DNA from: Pyrinomonadaceae bacterium
GTDB lineage: Bacteria; Acidobacteriota; Blastocatellia; Pyrinomonadales; Pyrinomonadaceae
DNA: 64,000 bases
Direction: 5' to 3'
NCBI GenBank assembly: GCA_046313635.1
Contig: JBKBYA010000006.1
Coordinates: 166,385 to 230,384 of the forward strand
Part shown: piece by piece, positions 8,580-19,292 of the stretch
Layout: each line of letters begins with the position of its first letter
How positions within the stretch are numbered: the first letter of the stretch is position 1
Notes under the pieces: model-generated
Databases searched by the model: none
Told to the model about the DNA's origin: nothing
The model's input: only the letters and a program-made list of their open reading frames with translations
Made by a program: the position numbers and the translations under genes

Positions 8580-11500
8580 CTACGGAAGGGACGTAAAATC
8601 GATCTCCCGGCGCTCGGCTTCGAGAAAAACTACTAACGTCGGGTCGCGAAAGACTCGCCCCTTTGCAAAGACGGTGACGAAGTAGGTTTCTCCAGCTTTC
8701 AGACCCTTTAGCTCGTAACCGCCCATCTGGTCGGTGACGGCCCGCATCGGCTCTCGAAGTTGGCCGCCGGATACTTCGACGACCGCCTCTGTAAGCGGCT
8801 GCCCGTCCGCATCCATCACGCGTCCCACGATTCCGGCGTCGCTCGTCGTGGACAATTCGTGAGCAATAAAATCGAGATCGTCGATCGACTCATTGACACT
8901 GATCACGCGCGATGAGGTCAGGAATGTGTATCCCCTGTGCCTGACCGAAACGACGTACGTCGCCCCTGCCGGAACCTCAGTAAAGCGATAGAATCCGAAG
9001 CCATTCGAACGCGCCGTCCGGATCTGTCCGTTCAGGTCGTTCAGCTCCAGCATCGCCTTATAAACCGGAAGCCCCGATGCGGTCATAACGCGCCCGCTGA
9101 CCTCGACCGTCGCGGACGTCGGAGCGAGCGGCGAGAGCAGGGTCCAGTCGGAGAATTCGGTGATCGGACTGCTCGTTGTGATCGTGTTTGCCGTTGCGTC
9201 GAGCGTCGCGGGCACGGTATCGAAAAGCGTACCGCTGCCCGTATAGCGTTTTAATTCGAGCGAGCTCTCTGGAATAGAGGGGGGCAGATCGACCTCCAGA
9301 TAATTGAATGTCAGCACCGCGCTCAACGTGCCGGTCTTCGTCAATCGCCAAAACCGTCTGAGAGCGCCGTTTCCGTTCGGCGCGTTCGGATGCGCCGTCT
9401 CTTCAGCTCTGACCTTTAACGTCGAGTTCGACGTTCCGACAAATGCGTTCACCGTTACGGGCGAGTAACCGTTTGCCGTACCGACGTCGAAGGTCTTGAC
9501 GTCAGCGGATGGAAAATCGCGCTGCAGATTCCCGATGATAAAGCCGCTCGTGCGTACTACGGGACGGCCGCCGACATTGACCGTGAACGCGCCGGTAGTG
9601 AAAGTGCCGTTGGCTAGAACAAAACTTGAGGGCGCTCCCTGACTGATGTCCAGATCGCTTGCCAGAGTGACGGTGCCGCCCGATTTATCGAGCGTCCATA
9701 TGCCTTGCGGTGCGGCGCCGGCGTTCGTGAACGTCTGATTGGCCGCGCCGCTAAACTTGAAATTCAACCCGGTCGGGAAAAAACTCGACGCGATCGTGAC
9801 GTTTCCCTGAGCGTCGTAGGTTCCAGTATTGGGGGCCTGGGTCATCTGCAGCAACAGCGTACCGACGGTGCGCACGACGTTTGAGTTGAGCGCGAGATGT
9901 TCGGCGACCGTCAGATTGTTAAGAACGATCGTTCCCGCTCCTCTGAGCGCCGACGGTGCGGCGACCAAGAGCGTACCGCCGTTATGGTTGAAAGTTCCGT
10001 TCGTGTGCGGGTCAAAGTGTGTCGACCTGAGCGTGGTTGTGCCGGAAGTAGCCGTGAAACTTCCCGACAAGACCTCGAACCTCCCGTTGATCTCGAGCGG
10101 AGCGCTGCTCCCGTTAAAGGCGCCGCCGGTCTGCGAGTATGTAGAATTCCAAACGATCGCGCCGCTGCCCTGCGTGAAATTTGTTGCCAGTTGAAAACTA
10201 CCGTTGAAGGTAAGATCGACCGCGCCGGTTGTGATCGCGGCGGCGTTTTGAAAACTCACCGGGCGGTCAAAGACGATGCCGCCCGCTCCACCGATGTTGA
10301 CGGTAGTGTTAGGCGCATTGACGCGCAGTTGCGGCAGACTCGCTCCTGCCGGTATCGTTACCGCCCGCGTTGCCGTGCCTCCCAAAAGCAGCTCTCCCAG
10401 TCCGCCGTCAAAGTTGCTGCTGATCGAGACGTTGGTTCCGCGAGCGTCGAGCGTCCCGTTGTTAAGAGTTCCGTCAAGCAGGCTCACATCGTCGGCGACG
10501 ACATTGTTGATGAGATTAACACCCGCGCCGCCTGATTTGTTGATCACGAGATCACCCGCATCGATGTGGGTGGGAATTGTCAAATTCGAGCTGGTCGCGC
10601 CCGCAAGAGTCATGACGCCGTTCTGAGTCATATTGCTAAGCGTCAAATTACCTTGCACGACCAGATTCCCGCCGGACGCGATGTTCAAAAAGCCGCCCGG
10701 CTGGTCAAGACCGTTGGTCCCGACATTCAACGCCACGCCGTTCGGTACTGACACGGTGCCCGTATAGCCGCTATTGATCCGCACGCCGCCGACCGTCGCT
10801 GTTTGATCTATCGTTGCAAATTTCGACGAAGTGTTATCAAAAACGATGGTGTCGACAGCCAGCGGAACGGTGTTCCGCAGCCAGTTCGCGCCTTCCGAAT
10901 AATTGTTCGTCGTGCCGCCGCCGTCCCATTTGATCGGCAGGCATCCTGTGTCGAAGGTCCAGTTCGCTCCATTGGTCGGCGTGTTAGTGCCGCCGAAGAC
11001 GGTGATCGCGGCCGTGCCGGCCTGATCCTTGACATCCGCGTCCTGAACGAGGAATAGTCCGGTCCCCGTCCAGCTGCGCGGCGTCCCCGCAACGGTCGAG
11101 CGGATCTGCACCGCGTCCGCCTCGCCGCATGCGGCGGTGGTGCCGTCGATGTCGATCATCCCGCCGCTGTTCGAGACGCTCCCGGCAAGGAAAATATCGC
11201 CTGTACCGTAATTGCGCCAGGTCGCGTTTGCGCCTTGCAGGTTGACGCCGGCCGCCGTCAGGTCAAAGGACGGGCCCTGATTAAATTCGCCCGAAACGAT
11301 ATTTAACGTCTGCGACAGTGTGAGGTTGCTGGCGAGCGTCAGCGCTCCGCCGGTCTTGTTTATCGTCCACGTCCCGGTCGGCGTGCTTCCCCCTGCATTG
11401 GTGTAGGTCTGATTGTTCGCTCCGCTAAATCTGAGATTGACTGGGCTGCTTTGAAAGGCCGTGCCTATCGAGACATTTCCCCGCGCGTCGAACGTTCCGG

Positions 11501-13070
11501 CGCTGGAGATTACACCCGAATTTAGATTCAGATCACCCAGCGTCCGCACAGTATCGGCTCCTTCGTTAAAATTCCCGTTGCCGAAGCCGACCGACAGATT
11601 GAAGAGTTCCAGAGTGCCCGCAGCTCCATTGACGATCTGGAACTGGAAAAATGTGCTGTTCAAGATGACGGTCCCGTTATTATGATTGAAAGTCCCGCCC
11701 GTGCCGATATTGAACTGCGGCGCGGATCCGCCAAAGGTCATCGTTCCCGAAGGCGCGTTGAAGGTGCCGCCGTTGAGATTCAAGATGAAGTTTCCGGCGC
11801 TCGTGATCGTCCCGTTCTGACAGTTAAACTGTCCGCCGGAAAGCGTCAAATTAACTCCATTGAGATGGATCGTGCCGCTTCCGCATTCAAATGTGCCGCC
11901 CGACTGCGGGAAACTTAGGGCTCCGCCGGTTCCGATCTCTAGATTCGTCAGGGTGTTCCTAAACGTGCCGGCAGCCAGAGAAAGCCTCCGCAGGATAAAA
12001 GGCCCCGCGCCGCTCGTGGTGACGGTCGTATTGGGCGCGTTGAGCTCGATCGCCGGAAAAACCCGGGTCGTGTCGTTGAGCGTCGGCAGCGTTACGGTGC
12101 GCAAAGCATTGCCGGTCAGCTTCAAAAGCTCACTACTGCCGCCATAAGTATTGGCGATATTGACCGCGCCCAACGCTTCCAGCGTGCCGGCATTGAATGT
12201 GCCGGTTACAAGGTTTAAGGTCCCGAGCGTGCGCAGCGTGGCGTTTACCTGTCCGTTGAGGCTGATGACGCTTCCCGTATTGATCGTAAGGTTAAAAAGC
12301 TCGAGCACTCCGGCTGCCCCGCCAGGAAATTGAAAATTCATAAAGTGGGAGTTCAAGATGACGGTCCCGTTATTGTGATTGAAAGTCCCGCCCGTGCCGA
12401 TATTGAACTGCGGCGCGAATCCGCCAAAGGTCATCGTTCCCGAAGGCGCGTTGAAGGTGCCGCCGTTGAGATTCAAGATGAAGTTTCCGGCGCTCGTGAT
12501 CGTCCCGTTCTGGCAGTTAAACTGTCCGCCCGCAAGCGTGTACGCGTTGCCGTTGAAATTGACGGTCGCTCCCGTGCCGCAGGTAAACGTCCCCGCCGAC
12601 TGCGTCGAGACGTCGAACTGCGATGCCGAAATGGTAAAGGTCGTATTGTTTGCCTGCGAGATCGTGCCGGTGTAGCCAGCGTTGATATTGATGCTCCGCA
12701 CCGTAACGTTTACGTCGATGACGGCATTTTTTGTGCTTGTCGCGTCGAAGATTACATCGTCGCCTGCTTGCGGCGGCACGTCGCCTGACCAGTTCGCGCC
12801 GTCTGACCAGTTGTTTGTCGTGCCACCGCCGTCCCATGTTTTCGTTACCAGCAGCCGTCCGGTCGTCGATCGATTTCCGGCATCCGCCCACGGCGTCCAT
12901 GCCGGCGATGGCGGCGCGAATTGCGGCATTTCGAACGGGAATACGTCGCTCCCCTCAGCCGTAAAACTCCCGACGAGATCGCGGCCGTAAACGACTGAAG
13001 AGAGACCGATCGCTGCGAGCGCTAACAGGATAATGGTCGGCAAACTAATCATGCTTTGAGGGTTTTTCAT
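8580..13070 (-). CDS. Large secreted beta-strand-repeat surface protein with two C-terminal carboxypeptidase-regulatory-like domains
   Basis: 1496 aa; signal-peptide-like N-terminus; G/T/N-rich repeats; two WDGGGTTNN modules; C-terminal VSGRV...GFGFYRF and IVGRV...GGYEL. Confidence 0.85.
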   Translation of the reverse strand: MKNPQSMISLPTIILLALAAIGLSSVVYGRDLVGSFTAEGSDVFPFEMPQFAPPSPAWTPWADAGNRSTTGRLLVTKTWDGGGTTNNWSDGANWSGDVPPQAGDDVIFDATSTKNAVIDVNVTVRSININAGYTGTISQANNTTFTISASQFDVSTQSAGTFTCGTGATVNFNGNAYTLAGGQFNCQNGTITSAGNFILNLNGGTFNAPSGTMTFGGFAPQFNIGTGGTFNHNNGTVILNSHFMNFQFPGGAAGVLELFNLTINTGSVISLNGQVNATLRTLGTLNLVTGTFNAGTLEALGAVNIANTYGGSSELLKLTGNALRTVTLPTLNDTTRVFPAIELNAPNTTVTTSGAGPFILRRLSLAAGTFRNTLTNLEIGTGGALSFPQSGGTFECGSGTIHLNGVNLTLSGGQFNCQNGTITSAGNFILNLNGGTFNAPSGTMTFGGSAPQFNIGTGGTFNHNNGTVILNSTFFQFQIVNGAAGTLELFNLSVGFGNGNFNEGADTVRTLGDLNLNSGVISSAGTFDARGNVSIGTAFQSSPVNLRFSGANNQTYTNAGGSTPTGTWTINKTGGALTLASNLTLSQTLNIVSGEFNQGPSFDLTAAGVNLQGANATWRNYGTGDIFLAGSVSNSGGMIDIDGTTAACGEADAVQIRSTVAGTPRSWTGTGLFLVQDADVKDQAGTAAITVFGGTNTPTNGANWTFDTGCLPIKWDGGGTTNNYSEGANWLRNTVPLAVDTIVFDNTSSKFATIDQTATVGGVRINSGYTGTVSVPNGVALNVGTNGLDQPGGFLNIASGGNLVVQGNLTLSNMTQNGVMTLAGATSSNLTIPTHIDAGDLVINKSGGAGVNLINNVVADDVSLLDGTLNNGTLDARGTNVSISSNFDGGLGELLLGGTATRAVTIPAGASLPQLRVNAPNTTVNIGGAGGIVFDRPVSFQNAAAITTGAVDLTFNGSFQLATNFTQGSGAIVWNSTYSQTGGAFNGSSAPLEINGRFEVLSGSFTATSGTTTLRSTHFDPHTNGTFNHNGGTLLVAAPSALRGAGTIVLNNLTVAEHLALNSNVVRTVGTLLLQMTQAPNTGTYDAQGNVTIASSFFPTGLNFKFSGAANQTFTNAGAAPQGIWTLDKSGGTVTLASDLDISQGAPSSFVLANGTFTTGAFTVNVGGRPVVRTSGFIIGNLQRDFPSADVKTFDVGTANGYSPVTVNAFVGTSNSTLKVRAEETAHPNAPNGNGALRRFWRLTKTGTLSAVLTFNYLEVDLPPSIPESSLELKRYTGSGTLFDTVPATLDATANTITTSSPITEFSDWTLLSPLAPTSATVEVSGRVMTASGLPVYKAMLELNDLNGQIRTARSNGFGFYRFTEVPAGATYVVSVRHRGYTFLTSSRVISVNESIDDLDFIAHELSTTSDAGIVGRVMDADGQPLTEAVVEVSGGQLREPMRAVTDQMGGYELKGLKAGETYFVTVFAKGRVFRDPTLVVFLEAERREIDFTSLP
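11658..12530. repeat. 180-bp intragenic direct repeat (11658-11837 and 12351-12530)
   Basis: Manual alignment gives 177/180 identity. Confidence 0.9.
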
Positions 13071-13153
13071 GACTTTCTCCTACTTACTTCCCTTCCGACG
13101 GGGCCGCTGCCAGCTGCGCGGGCCCGGCCGGCGATAGTATTCCTTGACCGAAT

Positions 13154-13432
13154 TCACTCTCGCTGCCGGAGCCCCTCGAGCGAGCGGCGGCAGATCAGCA
13201 GATGCCCGCTCTCGGCCTCGATCGAGTGCGCCGCCTCGGCCTGGACGACGGCCATCAGTTCGCGTCCCCCGATCCCCGAATAGCTCACCGCCTGGTCAAA
13301 GGACAGCAGCGGCGTCAGTGCCGCGCATCCCTCGCAGTAGCCGCTGGCTGAGAATTCGTCCGCGGCGGCCGGCCGCACGATGAACGTCTCGTCGGTCTGA
13401 ATGCGGATCACAATTCTCTTGGCTTTCGGCAC
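13154..13432 (-). CDS. Small hypothetical protein, possibly metal-binding
   Basis: 92 aa with CEGC and H...HLLIC; directly upstream of the large secreted gene on the same strand. Confidence 0.6.
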   Translation of the reverse strand: MPKAKRIVIRIQTDETFIVRPAAADEFSASGYCEGCAALTPLLSFDQAVSYSGIGGRELMAVVQAEAAHSIEAESGHLLICRRSLEGLRQRE

Positions 13433-13609
13433 GAAATCGGATTAAAATTCGGCTCGAACGATATACCTGCCTGTCGCAAGAGAACGGTCCCGTCCGAGCC
13501 GGTCAGCGAGTTTTCCCAGTTGACGGCCCCATTACATCGGAATGGCTCAGACGGAGTCTTGAACTCTTTTTCCGATCTTTATTGAATTTTTATCGGATAT
13601 TTATCCTGT

Positions 13610-15556
13610 TTGCGTATGTCCTGCCAAAGTAACGAGTTAAGACAATTCGCCGGGTTCGTGCTCGATACCCGGAAGCGTGTTTTGTGGTATCGGGACGAGC
13701 CCGTCAGCCTGGCCCTGAAGGAGGTCGAGCTGCTCTCCGCGTTGACCGAGCACCCCGGCGAGGTGGTCGGCAAGGACGACTTGATGGAAAAGCTCTGGGC
13801 AGATTCATTCGTCGACGAGTCCAACCTCGCGCGCCACATCTACATCTTGCGCAAGACTCTCAAAGAACTTGGCGCCGACGGCGAGCTGATCCAAACCGTG
13901 CCGCGGCGCGGCTATCGGTTTGCTCTTCCAGTCAAGGTCCTTGAGCCGGGAACGCTCGTCATCAAAAAGCACACCAGTACCGAGGCCACTATCGATATCG
14001 AGGAGCTCTCAGATGCCCCCGACCGCTCGGCGCTTGTCGTCCTGGCGGACGGCCTTTCCCGGGTGTCGCGTCTGCCGGCTCTCGCCGCGTTGGCGGTTGT
14101 GCTGGTCGCCGCTTCCGGACTGATGTTTTATGGTTTACGCGATGCGGCCGGCAGCGGTCGAGAGTTGAATATCAGCTCGGTCGCGGTGCTGCCCTTTAGC
14201 GTCGTGGGCGGGGAAAGCGGAGATCGGCACGAGGGCCTCGGCATGGCCGACATGCTGATCACGCGACTCTCAAATTTGAAGGAGATCAAGGTCCGGCCAA
14301 CAAGCGCCGTCATCCCCTTTGCGAATGTCGACGCGGCGGCCGCCGGGCGAGAGCTGCAAACGGATACCGTCTTTGAGGGAACGATCTACCGCTCCGCGGA
14401 TAAGATCCGCGTGACTGCGCGGCTCGTTTCCGTCAGCGACAACAGCACTATTTGGGCGGGCGATTTCGAGCGGCCGACGTCGGAGGAGATGACTTTGCAA
14501 AACGAAGTCGCCCGGAGCGTGGCCAAAGCGCTCGCCTTGAATCTGTCGCGCGACTCCGAAACCACGCTCGCCAAACAGTACACGGAAAATCTCGACGCTT
14601 ACCGGCTTTATGTGCAGGCGAGGTACGAGTGGAACAGGCGAGATTACGAGGGCGGCACGCGGGCCGGAAAATTGTTTCGCGACGCGATCGAACGCGACCC
14701 GGGTTTTGCGCTCGCCTGGAGCGGCCTGGCTGACGGTCTCAGCATTGCGAACGGATCGGCCGCCGAGGCCTACTATGCCATTCAAAAGGCCCTCGAACTT
14801 GATCCGCATCTGGCCGAAGCGCACGCGAGCAAGGGCTTGTACCTGATGTTTCAATCATGGCGCGGCGCGAACGGCCCTCAGTGGGACGCGGCGGAGGCCT
14901 CGTTCAGGCGCAGCATCGAGCTGAACCCCAATTACACGCCGGCTCGGCAGTGGCTTGCGACGCTGCTGTCGATCAAGGGCAGGCCCCGCGAAGCGCAGGA
15001 CGAGCTGCGGCGAGCGCTCGAGATCGATCCCGCCTCGCACAACCTTTGGTCCGACCTCGCGGAAGCTCATTACTTTGCCCGGGAATACACCGAGGCGGAA
15101 AAGTGCGCCTTCAGATCGCTCGAGATCTATCCGGAATTCGTCCTCGCCTACGGAAATCTGCGCAATATTTACCGACAGACGGGCGAATATGAGAAATCGG
15201 TCGAGTATGAATTTAAGTTCGAAAGAGCATACGGCTCTCTCTCGACCGCCACCGAAGAAAGCCGCCGCCAATCCGAATCCGAGTCGGATAGGATGCGCCG
15301 GGTCTTTGCCGAGGGCGGCATCCGCGCCTTCCTGCAAAGGCGGGTCGTCGCCTCAAGCAGCGGCGACGCCAGCTCACTCTACGGCCACGCAAAAACCTAC
15401 GCATTCCTCGGCGAAAGGGAAAAGGCCCTCGACGCCCTGGAACGGGCATTCGAGCTGAGGGCCTTTATGTTCGTCTTCTTCAACGCTGAACCCGCGTTCG
15501 ACGATCTCCGACCCGAGCCTCGCTTTCAAGAGCTGTTGCGGAAGATGAGCCTATGA
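13610..15556 (+). CDS. CadC/ToxR-like winged-helix regulator with TM helix, TolB-like and TPR domains
   Basis: LWADSFVDESNLARHIYILRK...IQTVPRRGYRF; TM segment; SVAVLPF; TPRs. Confidence 0.9.
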   Translation: MRMSCQSNELRQFAGFVLDTRKRVLWYRDEPVSLALKEVELLSALTEHPGEVVGKDDLMEKLWADSFVDESNLARHIYILRKTLKELGADGELIQTVPRRGYRFALPVKVLEPGTLVIKKHTSTEATIDIEELSDAPDRSALVVLADGLSRVSRLPALAALAVVLVAASGLMFYGLRDAAGSGRELNISSVAVLPFSVVGGESGDRHEGLGMADMLITRLSNLKEIKVRPTSAVIPFANVDAAAAGRELQTDTVFEGTIYRSADKIRVTARLVSVSDNSTIWAGDFERPTSEEMTLQNEVARSVAKALALNLSRDSETTLAKQYTENLDAYRLYVQARYEWNRRDYEGGTRAGKLFRDAIERDPGFALAWSGLADGLSIANGSAAEAYYAIQKALELDPHLAEAHASKGLYLMFQSWRGANGPQWDAAEASFRRSIELNPNYTPARQWLATLLSIKGRPREAQDELRRALEIDPASHNLWSDLAEAHYFAREYTEAEKCAFRSLEIYPEFVLAYGNLRNIYRQTGEYEKSVEYEFKFERAYGSLSTATEESRRQSESESDRMRRVFAEGGIRAFLQRRVVASSSGDASSLYGHAKTYAFLGEREKALDALERAFELRAFMFVFFNAEPAFDDLRPEPRFQELLRKMSL

Positions 15557-15634
15557 TCGCGGCTCTCCTGTTGCGAGCGGTATCGATGACCGGCTGACAA
15601 AGGGATATGCTGGGAATGGAGTTGAAAGCAAATT

Positions 15635-15931
15635 ATGGCGGCGGTCGAAGTGATCGGGTGGGCGAGCTCAATGATACTGCTCGCAACACTCGTTAGGCAG
15701 GTTTACAAACAGTGGAAAGAGGGCACGGCCGAGGGCGTTTCGAAATGGCTCTTTGTCGGGCAGCTCGCGTCGTCGATCGGATTTACGACGTATAGTTATC
15801 TGGTCGGCAACTGGGTCTTTACGGTGACCAACGGCATCCTGACGGTCAACAACATCTTCGGCATCGTCGCGTTCTACTACTTTAAGCGCAATCCCCGCAC
15901 GCAAACTCAGACCGCGAAAACAAGTGTGTAG
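15635..15931 (+). CDS. SemiSWEET/PQ-loop-like small membrane protein
   Basis: 98 aa, three TM helices, QVYKQWK...GVS...YSYL...VTN pattern. Confidence 0.7.
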   Translation: MAAVEVIGWASSMILLATLVRQVYKQWKEGTAEGVSKWLFVGQLASSIGFTTYSYLVGNWVFTVTNGILTVNNIFGIVAFYYFKRNPRTQTQTAKTSV

Positions 15932-16290
15932 CCTTCGCCGTCGCGGACGACGACCTCGGTGCTGCCGTATATGCGCTTGACCGGCCCCTCGACGATCTCG
16001 ACGCCGGCCGCGGCGAGCTCAGCGGTCAACGCGTCGATATCCGAAACCCAGATGTAAAGATCAAAGCTGCCCGGCCGCGCGGCGGTATTTGAGACGCCGC
16101 TCGTCTCGGCCTTGCCGAAATGCACCTCGACGCCGTCCCGCCGGACGATCGCGTAAACCGGCGGCTCGCCAAAATAGCCGAGGATCTCAAAGCCGAGGCG
16201 ATCGCGATAGTATTCGGCCGCCGCGACCGCATCGGACACGACGAGCTGCGGAGCGACGCTTTTCAGAATTGCCCGCGGCGGAGCTGACAT
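15907..16290 (-). CDS. VOC/glyoxalase-bleomycin resistance family protein
   Basis: VAPQLVVSD...YYRDRLGF...YGSTEVVVRDGEG. Confidence 0.85.
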   Translation of the reverse strand: MSAPPRAILKSVAPQLVVSDAVAAAEYYRDRLGFEILGYFGEPPVYAIVRRDGVEVHFGKAETSGVSNTAARPGSFDLYIWVSDIDALTAELAAAGVEIVEGPVKRIYGSTEVVVRDGEGYTLVFAV

Positions 16291-16294
16291 CTGG

Positions 16295-17791
16295 TTAATT
16301 TCCGCCGGTCATCAACAGGCCGATGTCCTCGACAGACGTCGCCGCCGGATCGACCTCGCCGACGATCTTGCCCTCGCGGATGACGAGCAGGCGGTCGGCA
16401 AGAGCGGTCACTTCTTCAAGCTCGGCCGAGACGAGCAGGACGGCGGCCCCGCGATCGCGCAGCTCGATCAGCTTGCGGTGAATGAACTCGATCGCGCCGA
16501 TATCGACGCCGCGCGTCGGCTGCGACACTAGCAGGAGCTTTGGCTCGAGCTCAAACTCGCGGCCGATGATGAGCTTTTGCTGGTTGCCGCCCGAGAGCGA
16601 CTTTGCGGCAAGCTCGGGCACGGGCGGGCGAACGTCGAAATCTCGAATGATCTCGCGCACGCGCTCGTCGATCGCCGAGCCGTTGAGAAACCCCGCGGTC
16701 GAGGCGACCGGCGGCCGGTAGTGCACGCCGAGGATCGAATTCTCCGCGAGGTCCGAATTCAAAAGCAGCCCGCGGCGATGCCTGTCCTCGGGAATGTGCG
16801 CGACGCCGAGCTCTTTGATCCTGCGGGCGGAATGACCGGTGATGTCCGTGCCCTGAAATTCGATCGTGCCGCCGTCGACCGGGCAGAGCCCGGCGAGGGC
16901 CTCGATCAGCTCGGTCTGCCCGTTGCCCTCGATGCCCGCGATGCCGACGATCTCGCCGGCACGCACACTGAACGAAACGTCGCGCACGGCGTGGCCGTGC
17001 CGGCCCGTGACGTTGAGCGAAACCACATTCAGCACGACGTCGCCGGGCCGCGCGGCGGGCTTTTCGACGCGCAGCAGCACGTCGCGGCCGACGATCATTC
17101 GCGCGAGCTGCTGGGCGTTTGTCTCCGACGTCCTGACGTTGCCGACCGCCTTGCCGTCGCGCATCACGGTCACCTCGTCAGAGATCGCGAGCACCTCCTC
17201 GAGCTTGTGCGTGATGATGATGACGGTCTTTCCCTGCTGCTTCATGCGGCGGAGGATGCCAAAAAATTCTTCGACCTCCTGCGGCGTCAGAACGGCGGTC
17301 GGCTCGTCGAGGATCAGCAGATCGGCGTCGCGGTAGAGGGCCTTGAGCAGCTCGACGCGCTGCTGCTGGCCGACTGACAGGTCCTCGATCAGCGAGCGCG
17401 GATTGACGTCGAGCTTGAGCTCGTCGGAGAGCGCCTTGATCTCGCGGACCGCCTTGTCGAGATCGAGGCTCGCGGCCGAGCCCGTCTCGGCGCCGAGGAT
17501 GATGTTCTCGGCGACCGTCATATTGTCGACGAGCATAAAGTGCTGGTGCACCATCCCGATCCCGAGCGCGATCGCGTCGTGCGGACTCCTGATCTCGACC
17601 GGCCGGCCGTCAATAAGTATCTCGCCGCTGTCCGCGTTGTAAAAGCCGTACGCGATGCGCATCACGGTCGATTTGCCGGCGCCGTTCTCGCCGACGATCG
17701 CGTGGATCGTTCCTTTTTCGACCTTCAGAGACACGTCGTTGTTGGCGACGACATCGCCGAATGTCTTGGTCATATTCCTGAGTTCGAGCAT
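16295..17791 (-). CDS. Nucleoside/sugar (CUT2) ABC transporter ATPase with two NBDs
   Basis: [38 protein letters not shown]; start reassigned to ATG 17791. Confidence 0.93.
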   Translation of the reverse strand: MLELRNMTKTFGDVVANNDVSLKVEKGTIHAIVGENGAGKSTVMRIAYGFYNADSGEILIDGRPVEIRSPHDAIALGIGMVHQHFMLVDNMTVAENIILGAETGSAASLDLDKAVREIKALSDELKLDVNPRSLIEDLSVGQQQRVELLKALYRDADLLILDEPTAVLTPQEVEEFFGILRRMKQQGKTVIIITHKLEEVLAISDEVTVMRDGKAVGNVRTSETNAQQLARMIVGRDVLLRVEKPAARPGDVVLNVVSLNVTGRHGHAVRDVSFSVRAGEIVGIAGIEGNGQTELIEALAGLCPVDGGTIEFQGTDITGHSARRIKELGVAHIPEDRHRRGLLLNSDLAENSILGVHYRPPVASTAGFLNGSAIDERVREIIRDFDVRPPVPELAAKSLSGGNQQKLIIGREFELEPKLLLVSQPTRGVDIGAIEFIHRKLIELRDRGAAVLLVSAELEEVTALADRLLVIREGKIVGEVDPAATSVEDIGLLMTGGN

Positions 17792-17795
17792 TTGT

Positions 17796-18071
17796 CTATT
17801 TAAGGATCGTGTAGGCGTGGTAGCCGATGAGGCCGAGCCCGCCGAGCAGGCACGCCATCCCGAGATTGGCAAAGAGCCTCTGCCGGCCGTCGTCGACACG
17901 CCGCGAAAGGGCGAGGAGCACGTTGCCGCATCCGAACAGCAGCACGCCGAACGACTGCGGCAGATCTCGTTGGCCGCCGAGGCCCGTCAGCGAAAGTACG
18001 CCGAGCACGACGAGGGCTACGCCGCAGCCCATCAGTACCGAATTTGACGCTCGCCGCTGTGTTTCCGCCAT
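17796..18071 (-). CDS. Small membrane protein
   Basis: 91 aa with three hydrophobic segments; fills the gap in the operon. Confidence 0.65.
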   Translation of the reverse strand: MAETQRRASNSVLMGCGVALVVLGVLSLTGLGGQRDLPQSFGVLLFGCGNVLLALSRRVDDGRQRLFANLGMACLLGGLGLIGYHAYTILK

Positions 18072-18077
18072 CGGTCG

Positions 18078-19136
18078 CTATTTGATCATCGCGTCGGTGA
18101 CCTTGATCTTGCCGGCGATGATGTCGGCCTTTGCGGCCTCGACGCGCTGGATCACGTCCGCGGGAATGAGCGGCTTGTTAAAGTCGTCCATCGCGTACGC
18201 GACGCCGTCCTTATCGAGGCCGAAGACGTGAAAGCCGCCCTGGAACTTGCCGTCGAGCACCTCTTTGACGACGTCGTAAACCGCGTTGTCGACGCGCTTG
18301 ACCATCGACGTGAGCACATAGCCGGGCTTGACGCCGTTCTGGTTCGAGTCGACGCCGATCACGAACTTGTTTGCCTCGCCTGTTTTCGGGTCGCGGCCGT
18401 ACTGCTCGACCGCGTCAAAAGCGCCGAGGCCCGAATTGCCGGCGGCCGTAAAGATCACGTCGGCGCCGCGCTCGATCTGCGCGAGGGCGATCTCCTTGCC
18501 CTTGCCCGGATTGTTCCAAGCGCCGTCGGTCACGCCGACATAGTTGACGATCACGTTGATATCGGGCCTGACAGATCTCGCGCCTTCCTCGTAGCCCTTT
18601 GCAAAGCGGTGGATCAGACCGATGTCCATCCCGCCCAAAAAGCCGATCGTACCGCTGCGCGACTTGGAGGCGGCGATCATGCCGACGAGATACGAGCCCT
18701 CGTGCTCGCGAAAGACGAGCGACGCGACATTCCGCTTAGGCGTCTTGCCGTCGGCCTCAAAGATCACGCCGTCGATGATGGCAAATTTGATGTCGGGATA
18801 GTCCATCGCCACCTTTTGCATGATCGGCCCCTGAGCAAATCCGACGCCGATGATCAGATCAAAATTCTTCTCGGCAAAGGCGCGCATCGCCGGCTCGATC
18901 GACGTCGGGCTGCCGGGCTCGATGTCGTAGAGACAGACCGGCATATCGCGCTCGGCACGCTGCACGCCCTCCCACGCGGCGGCGTTGAACGAACGGTCGT
19001 TCTTGCCGCCGATGTCAAAGACGATGCCGACCTTGATGCGGCAGTCTTTTTGGACCGCCTCGGTCCTCGACGTGCACGAGGCCGCGGCGGCGATCGCGAG
19101 CAGCCCCACGAGGAGCAGAATGTGCCTGAATTGCAT
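18078..19136 (-). CDS. BMP-family ABC substrate-binding lipoprotein (nucleoside)
   Basis: Lipobox AASC; GGKNDRSFN, FREHEGSYLVG, IGVDSNQ. Confidence 0.93.
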   Translation of the reverse strand: MQFRHILLLVGLLAIAAAASCTSRTEAVQKDCRIKVGIVFDIGGKNDRSFNAAAWEGVQRAERDMPVCLYDIEPGSPTSIEPAMRAFAEKNFDLIIGVGFAQGPIMQKVAMDYPDIKFAIIDGVIFEADGKTPKRNVASLVFREHEGSYLVGMIAASKSRSGTIGFLGGMDIGLIHRFAKGYEEGARSVRPDINVIVNYVGVTDGAWNNPGKGKEIALAQIERGADVIFTAAGNSGLGAFDAVEQYGRDPKTGEANKFVIGVDSNQNGVKPGYVLTSMVKRVDNAVYDVVKEVLDGKFQGGFHVFGLDKDGVAYAMDDFNKPLIPADVIQRVEAAKADIIAGKIKVTDAMIK

Positions 19137-19292
19137 AAGAGGAGTCGAGGAGATCTTAGTGACCATAGCTTACATACAACCCAAAATTTGGGCAAGGAAC
19201 TCATCTGCCGCACATATTTGTATGAGATCGGATGACCCGGATCGGGGCGAGACGCCGAGTCGGTTTTTTTCCGTGCGCCCGGAGCGGCCTCG

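Noticed and set aside
11658..12530. Possible DGR template/variable repeat pair, with the four-helix-bundle protein as an Avd-like partner
   Set aside because: Only three mismatches, not consistently at adenines of one copy; both copies are coding; no reverse transcriptase in the window.
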